From Macrostomum lignano (taxonomy: Eukaryota): a stretch of 39,181 bases of DNA. Positions 1 to 11,300 of this stretch are shown here, one piece after another. The translations under genes were made by a program, and so were the position numbers. The stretch covers positions 1 to 39,181 of the forward strand of contig NIVC01003736.1 in the NCBI GenBank assembly GCA_002269645.1. The letters are read 5' to 3'. The notes below the pieces were generated by a model that saw only the letters and a list, made by a program, of their open reading frames with translations, was not told where the DNA came from and ran no database searches. Each line of letters begins with the position of its first letter. Positions within the stretch are counted from its first letter, which is position 1.

Positions 1-285
1 GTTACATTGACAGCGCCACGACATCTCTAGTTGGATTCCCTTTTGTTACCACATTAATTTGGGGCTTGTGCACGAAATTAGGCAGGTGGGTGTCTCGCAG
101 CTATGAGGACCCCCCCGAAGCACAGAGAGTTTACCTGTCTGATGATTAGAAAGTCAGAGCTACTAATACAGCCTGTGTAAGCCTGCAGACAGTATTGGAG
201 CGATTGTGTTGCTCAGAGTCAGTGGAACAGGGCAGCTCTGGTTGTGGGAGGACGTCGCAAAAAGAAGCATTGCGCTAGGGAGCCC

Positions 286-690
286 TCTTACTTACTTACT
301 TGACTTAGCGCAGGGGGCTCCGTGCGTCCGGAAACAGCGAGGAGGCGTTGCCGCCATTTCGCTAACCCTGGCGACCACGGGCAGCTATTGCTGCGGTGTC
401 GCGCAGGGAGATCCGGTAGTGCCGTGTCCGCAGCGCGGTCCCCTCGGAGAGTCCAGGAAGGTGGATGTCGCTCGCCCGGTCCCTTAGGTAGCGGACGAGC
501 TGGCAGAGATTCTCGGGCCTGAAAACTCGGAGAGGTCCGGGTTTGGGCCGAGGTAGGTGAGCCTGTCCTGAGTAAAGGCGGGGCATTCACAGATATGTGC
601 TCCGCATTCTCGAACCGAAGAGGCAGAATGGCATTCCTCACTGCGGATTTTTCCCTGGAGGTGACGATGCTAGGGAGCCCTCAGCTCTCT
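286..690 (-). mobile_element. Degenerate 3' end of a non-LTR retrotransposon (LINE), inside a TARP intron
   Basis: Joining minus-strand frames across indels gives C-H-x-C-L-F-G-..-N-A-E-H-I-x-C-E-C-P-A-F-T-Q-D-R-L-T-Y-L-G...PENLCQLVRYLRD, resembling the C-terminal CCHC zinc knuckle of LINE ORF2. It is followed by a (TAAG)n-type tail (cttacttacttac at ~286-300 on +). The 5' boundary is uncertain. Confidence 0.5.
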
Positions 691-849
691 TGTAAATATT
701 ATCAGTCCCATCTAACTTCCATGCATGATGGCACTTGATATTAAAATTCGTTGCTGGAAATATGCTTATTTTGACCGCGATATCCTGATTACGGTCGAAA
801 ATACCCCAAATCTCAAGTGTCATTTCTGCTACAATCCGCGACCTTTCAG

Positions 850-1988
850 GCCTCTGCTTCTCATCGGCATAGTCCTCTACGTGGGCAACGTTAGCCAAGC
901 CTTCGACTCGTCGTCAGCTAACATATCGGGCGACCAAAAATACGTCTACAAATACGGCTCATCATTCTACTTGTGCGTAGTTGGCTTTGTGTTCACCGAA
1001 TTTGCCGGAGTTTTTCGCTGTTTACCTGTACATCGCCCGATCCAAGCACTACGTGAACAAGAAGGTCCGGCTGGGTGACCGGCGAATGGTGGCTGATGAG
1101 AGCGGCATCACCGTGCAGATCTCTGACTCAGCAGATCAGCTCGGCTCCATGCAGCAGCACCATCGGCAGGTGAGAGGGAAAAGGCTTGGTGGTAAGCCTG
1201 GCAATCACCCGTCTGTCATGACTATTGACTCATGAGTGTGTACGCGAGAGTCAGGGCCATTTTAAACCATGCGATGCTCAGGTGTCTCCTGTATCGGCAT
1301 GACCATATTCTTTCTCCCTGGTCGCGTTTCTCCTATCGAGATAAACCAGATCTTTAAACTTAACTGCAACCGCCAGGTACCGTTGCTGCCGCCTCCGCCA
1401 CCGCCGCCTCAAATGATGTCGCAAACTACCCGGGTGGTCTCACATCCGCAATACCATCACCAGCAGCAGCAGCATCAGCAGCAGCAGCATCATCAATCAA
1501 GTGGCTGGATCGTCACACTCCCAGATCCTACAGCGGTGACACAGCCACTGATGACGACATGCCGCCGAGGAACTTGTCCAACTACGGGCCTGTCCCGCCA
1601 GCAACAGCAGCAGGTTCCGCCGCCTCCACCGCCGCCACCACCACCGGCCATTGCAGCCTCGATCTCCGCTAGTAACGTTGGAGAGTCGTGCAGCTGTCCC
1701 CAGTCGGTGCACGAGCTGCACTTGATGAACTCGGATGCTTCTGCGCGCCAGCACCAGCATCAGCACCAGCACCACGGGCACAGTCAGCAGAATGAGCAGC
1801 CGGTGCAGCAGCCGGTGCAGCCTCGCTATGTTCCGGGTCCCGTGGTGAGCAGCATCGGCACAGGAGGCTACCCAACACCACCGAGGCACCACAACTCGAC
1901 TTCGCAGCCCCAGCAGCCGTACAGAGGTGGCACAGCAGGTTATTACACTGGAGGTGGCAGCCACAAAGCCAAGACAACCCCTGTTTAA
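850..1988 (+). CDS. CACNG: Stargazin/TARP-like (CACNG/claudin-fold) AMPA-receptor auxiliary subunit, last two exons; the 5' part lies outside the window
   Basis: Exon 850-1169 (tttcag|...cag|gtgaga) encodes TM3-loop-TM4: LLLIGIVLYVGNVSQ...KYVYKYGSSFYLCVVGFVFTEFAGV/FAVYLYIARSK. It needs a 1-nt frame correction at the T5 run 1011-1015. Phase-0 exon 1377-1988 encodes a Q/P/H-rich tail ending KAKTTPV*, matching the TARP PDZ ligand. Confidence 0.85.
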
Positions 1989-3143
1989 ATGATGTTAAAC
2001 AGCTTCCCTAAACTAACCATGCAGAGCATTGGCTGGCCAATTCTATTGCTAAGGCAACAAAATCTTTAATAGGCCCAATATTTCTTTAAAACTCGTAACT
2101 AATTAACTGCTTACTGTAACATTACTTTGCTCCGTCTGCTGAACCGCTTTCTACAAAATATTTTTTCCTTGACGAGGTTACTGCAACAAGCATCGATTCA
2201 TACTGAAGTTCGCATTGTTTAGTTAGCTAGAATTTAAATTCGCGCCAAAAGAGGATTGAAAAACAAGCCGGAAAAATGTATCCTATTCAAACAAAGTTAG
2301 CGTATTTAATTGTTTTAATCAATCCAACTGCATGGTACGAATTTAAACTGTGATGTTGTCCTAACAACCTAAAGAATGCAACCATTTGGCTGTCAATGTT
2401 GTCTCCTTGTTAACTTGTACGTCGAAAATTGTATTTTAGCTGTTAACTTTGTTTAATTTGTCAGACACTGTGATAGGCTACAGTTTTTCCTAACATTTGC
2501 TCCTGTTTGCACGCGCGAACTTCTTTTTGATGTGTGAGCTGTTTCATTGCATCAATTTGAACTGTCGACAGAAATTTCAAAAATTTACTTACAATACAGT
2601 TATAAAAAAATATTTCTCTTTCTAAAACCATTTCTGCATTATAATTTTCCTATGCTTATCGGTTTTCATTGTAGGGCTAAATAAACTATTGTGATATTTT
2701 GCTGTTTGACATTGCGAGTAGAACGTAAACTTATACTGTTGATCAATGACAATGGTTGTCTCAGTATCCAGCCCCTACAATTACATGCATATAACTACCT
2801 TTGCCTCCACACCTGATTGCTTCTATTGGTAACAAATTTCTGCTTTTGTACTGTATCACCTGACAATTAATCTTAGAATTAAAAAAAAACATTTTGTCGA
2901 TTTTAAGCCTGCTGATTTTACTTTACTTCTCTGAAGCAGTTGCTCTAGAAAGTTCTCGAGGATTTTTTAATCAGCGCCGTGAGATGCAAATATAGTCATG
3001 CTAATCTCTGTGTCATTCTGTTAGTGCAATTCCAAGCTTCATTACTTTAATTTGCTTCGCTCTGAGCACGTGTATTTGCCTGGCTACTCAAAATATACTC
3101 GTATGAATTTTGAGCTCCGAACAGCTTATTGAAGTTCGTTTTG

Positions 3144-3725
<582 letters not shown>

Positions 3726-3906
3726 GTCTTTAAAAGTACACACTGGCTTTCATCAATATATCTAGGGTAAATATCCTACTACAAAATCACACACAGCTGG
3801 TACAAAAGACGCATTCAGAAATGCATTCAAACATCAATCAGTTGATTGTGTGCCTTAACAACTTAGCATTTAAATAATCGACGACAAATTAAAAAAGTGC
3901 AGTAGC

Positions 3907-6081
3907 ATGAGTCAAGCAGGAGACACTGTGCCCCTAGTGGAGGAGATCACGGACCAGACCGGGATGTACACCGCGCTCGCCCAGGCCAAGAGCCGGCCGT
4001 TGCTGGCCTGCTTCAGCGCCTCCTGGTGTCAGCCGTGCCGCGCTTTTGCTCCGAAGTTGGAGCGACTGGCCAAGCAGTACTGCCAGGTGGTGTTCGTCAA
4101 GCTGGACGTTGATAAAATGAAGGTGAGAGCAGGGTTTTAATTGTGTGTAAACATTTGCAACAGGGTTAGGGTAAGAGTTAGGTTTACGTCTGGGTGTTAC
4201 ATTAAGTGTGTCTAATAAAGTGCGAAGACGTAAGCGTGTCTAATGTGTTATAATGATTTCTAATGAAGTGTAATGAAGCGCAATGGTGTCTAATGAAGTG
4301 TAATGGTTTTTAGTGAAGTGTATTGGTGTCTAATGAAGTGTAATGGTTTTTAGTGAAGTGTATTGGTGTCTAATGAGGTGTAATGATCGGTAATGAAGTG
4401 TATTGGTGTTTAATAAAGTGTAATGGTTTCTAATGTCAACGAAGTTTGATGGTGTCTAATGAAGCGCAATGAAGTGTAATGGTGTCAATCAAATATAATT
4501 TTAATAGTGTCTAATGTGGTATAAAGTCAATATCAAGGATTCATTAAACGCTCAACATTTTTTTCAATCTATCATATTTGAAATCTACCGTAATTTTTTA
4601 TTTGTCTTCAATTTATAATTTTTTTCTTCACTACTCCGGTTTCACTCAGTTTTATGACTGCTCCAATCTGCAGTGTAGATCTGATCTGTTCTCATTTCCT
4701 CATCCTCTCCAACAAGACAAAGCCCACAGCCCCTGCTACCCTCGTCCCAACTCTCCACGATATTGACGCCGACTTTTCTGTCCCCAACCTGACCCGAGCC
4801 AAAGTCAAAAGCAAGTCCTTCGTAGTTTTCTTTCGTTTCCCTTTAAATATTTCTCTTTCTCATTAGGGCTGCTAAAGCCGCGCGTTCCCTTGAGATTCTC
4901 GTCAGGACAACTCGAACGGGCTGGGGATTGGAAATCCAGGATCGAAGTGGATGTTGTTGACTGCACTTTTCATCTGTAGGGGCGAGTTTGGCGGCTTCCA
5001 CTTTTTTCCTTCCAGTAGATTTTTTTCGTTGTACGACTTGAGAGGCTGTGCTGTGTATTGGACGTAATCAGCTTGCTTCCCACGGGTCTGTGAGGATCTG
5101 GTGGGCCGGAGGGGACACCACAGAAGCTGAAACCGCAGATGTAGAGTGCACTGTCAACGAATTAACCATGAATTTTGTTAGGCCTCTTAATATCGTTTGT
5201 TAGAGAACAAATTTTCATTAATTTCGCTGTTGTAGTATTGTCTTTATTTACAAACTGGAGGAACATGTTGTTGTTTGACCAGTAAATTGCTTCATGTTCT
5301 ACTGGAAATAGTGATTTGTGTAAATTTGAGACTAATTAGTTAATTTAAGTCTAGAGCTGAAGGAATACAAGTAATAATGAGAGGGGTATGGTGATGGAGA
5401 GTGCTAGGGGAAGGGAGTTAATGAGGCATGTGAGAGAGACAGGGGTGAGGGAGACAGGGGTGAGGGAGACAGGGGTGAGGGAGACAGGGGTGAGGGAGAC
5501 ATGGGTGAGGGAGACATGGGTGAGGGAGACATGGGTCGGGGAGACATGGGTGAGGGAGACATGGGTGAGGGAGACATGGGTGGGGGAGACATGGGTGGGG
5601 GAGACATGGGTGAGGGAGACATGGGTGAGGGAGACATGGGTGGGGGAGACATGGGTGGGGAGACATGGGTGGGGGAGACATGGGTGAGGGAGACAAGGGT
5701 GAGGGAGACATGGGTCGGGGAGACATGGGTGAGGGAGACATGGGTGGGGGAGACATGGGTCGGGGAGACATGGGTGAGGGAGACATGGGTCGGGGAGACA
5801 TGGGTGAGGGTGACATGGGTGGGGGAGACAGGTGAGAAAGAAAATGATAGGAGTGACAGAAAGAAGGGACCATTTGGCCAAAAGTTGACCTTTGACCTGC
5901 ACTCGCGCACCACCACACGCAGGACCTGGCCAATCAGCACGGGGTCGAGGTTCTGCCAACCTTCGAGTTGTTCAAGAACGGTTACAGAGTCGGCTCCGTG
6001 TCTGGCACAGTGGACGGAAAAATTGAAGCTTTGCTCAGCTCACACGGAACTTATCCTATTGGACCTGGCGGTTCTGGATGA
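3907..6081 (+). CDS. TXN: Thioredoxin, 2 exons (3907-4122, 5923-6081), ~124 aa
   Basis: Exon 1: MSQAG...FSASWCQPCRAFAPKLERLAKQYCQVVFVKLDVDKMK|gtgaga. Exon 2 after cacgcag|: DLANQHGVEVLPTFELFKNGYRVGSVSGTVDGKIEALLSSHGTYPIGPGGSG*. WCxPC active site and cis-Pro motif LPTF are present; phase-0 junction. Confidence 0.92.
4250..4480. repeat. Degenerate ~10/30-bp tandem repeat (taatgaagtg/taatggtgtc) in the thioredoxin intron
   Basis: Direct inspection of recurring units. Confidence 0.8.
5434..5832. repeat. 15-bp G-rich minisatellite (GGGAGACATGGGTGA)n
   Basis: About 26 units visible. It explains ORFs 5351-5959, 5388-5687 and overlapping ones. Confidence 0.97.
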
Positions 6082-6717
6082 CTGCATATGATCCATCAAT
6101 TTATTGATGTCTAGATACAGAAACACAATATTGCACCTGACATCCATACCTAAATGCCTTTATAGTACTTTCATATACGGTATCAGTAGTACTATTTACT
6201 AATTCATAATTCTTCTTAGTAAGTAGGATAAAAGTAAACTAATTATATAATAACAAAATGTCATTAATTAGCAGTACAGTCTTGCCTATAGGAACTAGTG
6301 AAGTCAGACATAATCAATTATATAACTACAATTGCATCGCATATAGTCTCTTTGCTTTAGACAAGCTGATGATGGCCTGCAGAACATAAAAAGTTGATTA
6401 ATTACTTAATTCTAGGATACAAGCATATATACTACTCACTACTGAACAGTAGTCTTTAGTAAGTAGAAGATGTACTTGTCCACGAAAAGCGTTTTTCTAG
6501 GTCTTTTTGATCCAATAATATTTCTGGAAGATGGCCGGACCAATCCAGTAAGGTTTGACGGCTGGTATAGCAGTCTGTATTAAATGGTATTTAAAGTGGG
6601 AGACTTGGACTGACACATAGGGATTAAACATTAATTCAAATATTTGATGTGGATTCCAAACGTTGTAAGTTTTCAATTGTTCTGCGCACAGGTAAGTCGC
6701 AAAATTGAACTTTTTTA

Positions 6718-7080
6718 TCCATCCGCTCATCCACCCATCCATCCATCCATCCATCCATCCATCCATCCATCCATCCATCCATCCATCCATCCATCCATCC
6801 ATCCATCCATCCATCCATCCATCCATCCATCCATCCATCCATCCATCCATCCATCCATCCATCCATCCACCCATGCATCCATCCATCCATCCATCCATCC
6901 ATCCATCCATCCATCCACCCATCCATCCATCCATCCACCCATCCATCCATCCACCCATCCATCCATCCATCCATCCATCCATCCATCCATCCATCCATCC
7001 ATCCATCCATCCATCCATCCATCCATCCATCCATCCATCCATCCATCCATCCATCCATCCATCCATCCAACCACCCACCC
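6718..7080. repeat. (CCAT)n microsatellite
   Basis: Near-perfect tetranucleotide run. Confidence 0.99.
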
Positions 7081-7394
7081 ACATATATTTGTCTCCGTTT
7101 CTGGCCAAGCCACTTGATCTTACAAACATCCCTCACTCAGCAGACGCCTAACCGGCTTTATCCATCAATCATATCGCACATCTGCCCACGCGTTAACCTC
7201 ACAGCTAGCTAATTGGTCATTAATAAATGATTCCGATGGTCACTAGCGGCTTTAACTTTATCGATAAACTTGAATGATCTTAGCGAACCTTCCTGTCGAT
7301 AAAGAACCATATACTTTTTGATAAGGTGTAGTAAGTTAACAAAAGTTAACACTGCTGGAAACAGGAAGAGAAAGATAGAGGGTGAGAAAAGTGG

Positions 7395-8045
7395 GAGACG
7401 GGAGAGGGAGACTAAAGAGGAGAAAAGGCAGGGAGAGGAGATGAGAGGAGAAGGAGAGGAGAGGAGAGGAGAGGAGAGGAGAGAAGAGAGAAGAAAGGAA
7501 GAGGAGAGAAGCGGAGAGAGTAGAGGGAGAGGAGAGCAGAGAGGAGATAAAGAAGACGTGAGGAGAAGAGAGAGGAGAGGATAGGAGAGGAGAGGAGAGG
7601 AGGAGAGGAGAGGAGAGGAGAGGAGAGCAGAGAGGAGATAAAAAAGAGGTGAGGAGAAGAGAGAGGAGAGGAGAGCAGAGCAGAGAGGAGATAAAAAAGA
7701 GGTGAGGAGAAGAGAGAGGAGAGGAGAGGAGAGCAGAGCAGAGAGGAGATAAAGAAGACGTGAGGAGAAGAGAGAGGAGAGGAGAGGAGAGGAGAGGAGA
7801 GGAGGAGAGGAGAGGAGAGGAGAGCAGAGCAGAGAGGAGATAAAGAAGACGTGAGGAGAAGAGAGAGGAGAGGATAGGAGAGGAGAGGAGAGGAGGAGAG
7901 GAGAGGAGAGGAGAGGAGAGCAGAGAGGAGATAAAAAAGAGGTGAGGAGAAGAGAGAGGAGAGAAGAGGAGAGAAAAGGAGAAGATGGGAGAGAAGGGGA
8001 GAGGAGAGGAGAGAGGAAGAACAGGGAGTGTGATGAGAGAGAGAG
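7395..8045. repeat. Polypurine (GAGAG)n array with higher-order duplicated blocks
   Basis: Almost purely A/G strand; the block gagcagagaggagataaagaagacgtgaggagaagagag recurs several times. Confidence 0.95.
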
Positions 8046-8391
8046 CGCTAATACAAGAAAGCTTATCTAGGAGGGGAGTGCCCGACATGATCAGAAGCCG
8101 AGCTCTAATAGCTAGCCTGCATTGCATGTCAACGATCGCTTATGGTAGCACAGGCAAAATGTCGACTTAAAAATAGAAATTCGACAGCTAGTAAGAAACT
8201 TTCTCTCGTGGGGATTTCATTATTGCAGGTTTTTAACCAATAGCCATCTGTCAGTCAAATCTACATTTTATAAAAATAACAAAATTCAGGTAGGAAGAGA
8301 GAGAGACTGATCTACCTGTGCCGCAGCTCGGGTCCTTAGCCGAAGACTTGCAAGCCAGTCTCCCGAGGGGCCGCAGCTAAGGGACACGCGG

Positions 8392-11300
8392 ATGCTGCAC
8401 CACCAGCTGCTCTCCTCGACGACTGACTTCGGCAGCAGCAGCTTCACTCAGCTGATGGCGCTGCTTCTGGCGCCCGCTGTGTGGACCTGCCTGCTGGCGC
8501 CCTGTGTCTTGATCAGCGAACTGGGAGCCGACACGCAGCAGCTGAGGTGAGCGAGAGCACCTTTGCTTTGCCTAATTATCTAAGAACTCAGAGCAGAGCA
8601 GACACTCCATAGACACTTCACCTTCATCTGTCAACCGTGCAATTCCGCAGAATCGGCAACAACAATGACACAATGCGAGAATTCATTGCGAAAATGTTTG
8701 AAAACTACGACAAAACCATCCCTCCGTCGATGTACACTGGTGAGTGAAACTCAGAGGAGCGTTTTCTAGCAAAAGTTATGGAAATTAAGAGTTTTAAAAA
8801 TGAATTTAAAGGAGCGTAACTAATAAATTTACATTTCAAATGACTTTTGCCGATGAAAACCGAATCGATTGCTCATGTTTTTCATCATGTCGTTCAACCC
8901 ACTGCAACACGCGCGATACTATAATATTTCAGTTTGTTTATCATTGCAACAATTTGTGAGACAAATTTTCAATTTGCGCGAAGCTGTCTGGCTCTGAAGT
9001 ACTTTTGTGAGTCCACTGGCCCATGGTAGCCTAGAATTTGATATCCAGATCAACCCAGAAACTCTTGAAGCAATTTTATGCAGATTTGACGCTTGCCTTT
9101 CAAATCTTTGGCGGCATTTTAGTCCCCGACACATCCGCTGCCTCGCACCGAACTCAGGCTCAGAACTCAGGCTCAAGTGGAATATGCAGGATTTACAGGC
9201 ATCGGAGTCTCGCTTTTAGTAATATTTTGTGAGAAACAGAATTGTTAAGCCACAAATGTGACTAGTTTTTTTTCCAATCCAGATGCCTTTATCTAGGGCT
9301 CCATGACCTGTTCTCGTTTGAATTTGCTATTAGAAAACCCGTGTATTAATGGCTCACATGTGTACAGAGGATTTATAGGTACCAAGCCAACGCATGTACA
9401 TTGCGCACATGCACAACATGACGTCATGCTTTCAGGCTCTGTCCTAAAGGTGTATGTGAGCGTGATGATTCACGCTATTAGCGGTGTGAACGAGCGAACA
9501 ATGGTGAGTAAAGGTAGATTTATGCCGACTTGGAATCAGTCCTTGATCCTCTAAAATACTTGGAAAGTTCAATCCAGAAATATGAGAGTGGCATTTGCCT
9601 GTGAAATATTTTGAAGGCCCTCTGTCTACCTCACTTAAAAGTACACTCAAAACATGTTAAAGTTTCCAACCCGTAACCATAATGGCCAACAAGTGGGCAG
9701 CTTTGATTAAAATCTTGCCAAATCTAATAGCATTGTGACGCAAATTGCATCAATTCACACGGTTAAGACAAATTACGTCATTTTGGGCTGAGCTTTGAGG
9801 AAAATGGACCTCTTGTTCCGTGGTGGAAACTTCACCATTTTGCAGAGTGTTGTACATGGTAGATCTTCTTATTCTTCTAACCTCAGTAGCTCTTGAAACT
9901 TCTGCACCATCTTACACCTTACTTAGAATAATTAGTGTGCATAATACAAATAAATCTAAACAAACTTCCGAACCATTATGGGTAGCTGCGAGCATAGATA
10001 TGAGACTTCACTGATGCATATTTCAATCTATTTATAAAACCATAGCATTTATTGCTTGCATTTTGCAAGACAGTTATTATAGAGTGAAATCAATTTGTAC
10101 TATTTAGCACGCTGGCTTTCATGTTATGCACTGAGCAAGGCTTTTGCACGTACATTTTTTAAATCAAAACTGGTGTACAACGTACAAGTTTATATATTTT
10201 TTACGAACATCAGCTATATTAGAGATCTTCATTTGTAGACCTCACTATTGGTATTATTATTATTATTACTATTTATTTAAAAAAATACTCTGCTCAGGTA
10301 ATACCACGATAGTTAGAGTATCACTGATGGTGCACGCCATGAGCTCCATCGATGTGATTGACATGGTAAGAAGCCGAAGGAGCGCTCACACTAGCTATCC
10401 AAAATTTTTTCTACTTAACATTCTGTTTAATAAGATGTCTGATTTTTGTGTAATTTGGGCGTTAGTGAGGGAACAGCGTGTGTACACATGCTAGTGTACA
10501 TTGGGGTAAGAGTGTTCGTTTTATCGATTGACTACTCTCTCTCTCTCTCTCTCAGATAGATTGGGGATGGTTTAGGCTCATTACTCGTACGAGCGTAGAA
10601 TGGGATGGGCTAGACAGTGTGTACATTAAGGGGTGAGCGGTTCTATTTTTAGGTAGCACAGAGTACATCATGCCGTAAAATTGGACTTGGCCGTTCTGTT
10701 CATTTCATGGGATGCGGTGAAAATAGTGGCGTATTTTTTTCTTGCTTTTATTTACCTTTTTGAACTAACAAGACTTTATTTCCGAGTAATTAATATTCTT
10801 AATTGTGGATCAGATTCAGACGGAACTGACAATAAATATTGTAACTGAAGCATTATATATAGACATCGCTATGAAAACAAATGAAAGCTACCAGATTATC
10901 TATTTTCGTATTTATCACACGGGTAGAAGTGGAAACACTTTGAAAAAACTTATGCAATTTGATTTTTTTCAGAAACTACTAGAAAGATAATTATATTCTT
11001 TCATAAATGTTATATCTACTTCAACACTAAGCTATGGTTTAAATTACTGTTGCTTATTGACGAATGCAATTAAACTTGAAAACGATTGGCCAATAGTCGG
11101 TTTAAATCAGTTAATACACAGTAAAACAAAATGCATAAAAATTACTATTAATTTTTGACAAAATCAGAGCACACGCTTTGCAAAATGCAAAATCCACATA
11201 TGACAAAGTTTCTAAGAACCTAATTTTTGTTTTCGATTCTACTAACAAAGAAGTTTTTTTTCTGTAGTGTCGCTGCATGCTGATATACGAAGTAGCTATC

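Noticed and set aside
1497-1977. Minus-strand ORFs opposite the TARP tail (likewise those opposite EPDR, the kinase and tubulin)
   Set aside because: Antisense shadows of GC-rich coding exons, with no independent features.
6011-6030. Suspected frameshift in thioredoxin exon 2
   Set aside because: Recounting the A-run (5 A) shows GGA AAA ATT GAA is in frame; no lesion.
5351-6091. Several Pro/His- or VRETW-rich ORFs
   Set aside because: Products of the 15-bp minisatellite; the only coding part is thioredoxin exon 2, in a frame not listed in the track.
6497-8170. WMDG/HPSI and LSSP/ERRG repeat ORFs
   Set aside because: (CCAT)n and polypurine arrays, with no coding signals.
10805-10880. Possible third alternative exon 3c ([18 protein letters not shown])
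   Set aside because: Only vague similarity, and no GT donor after the ATG codon.
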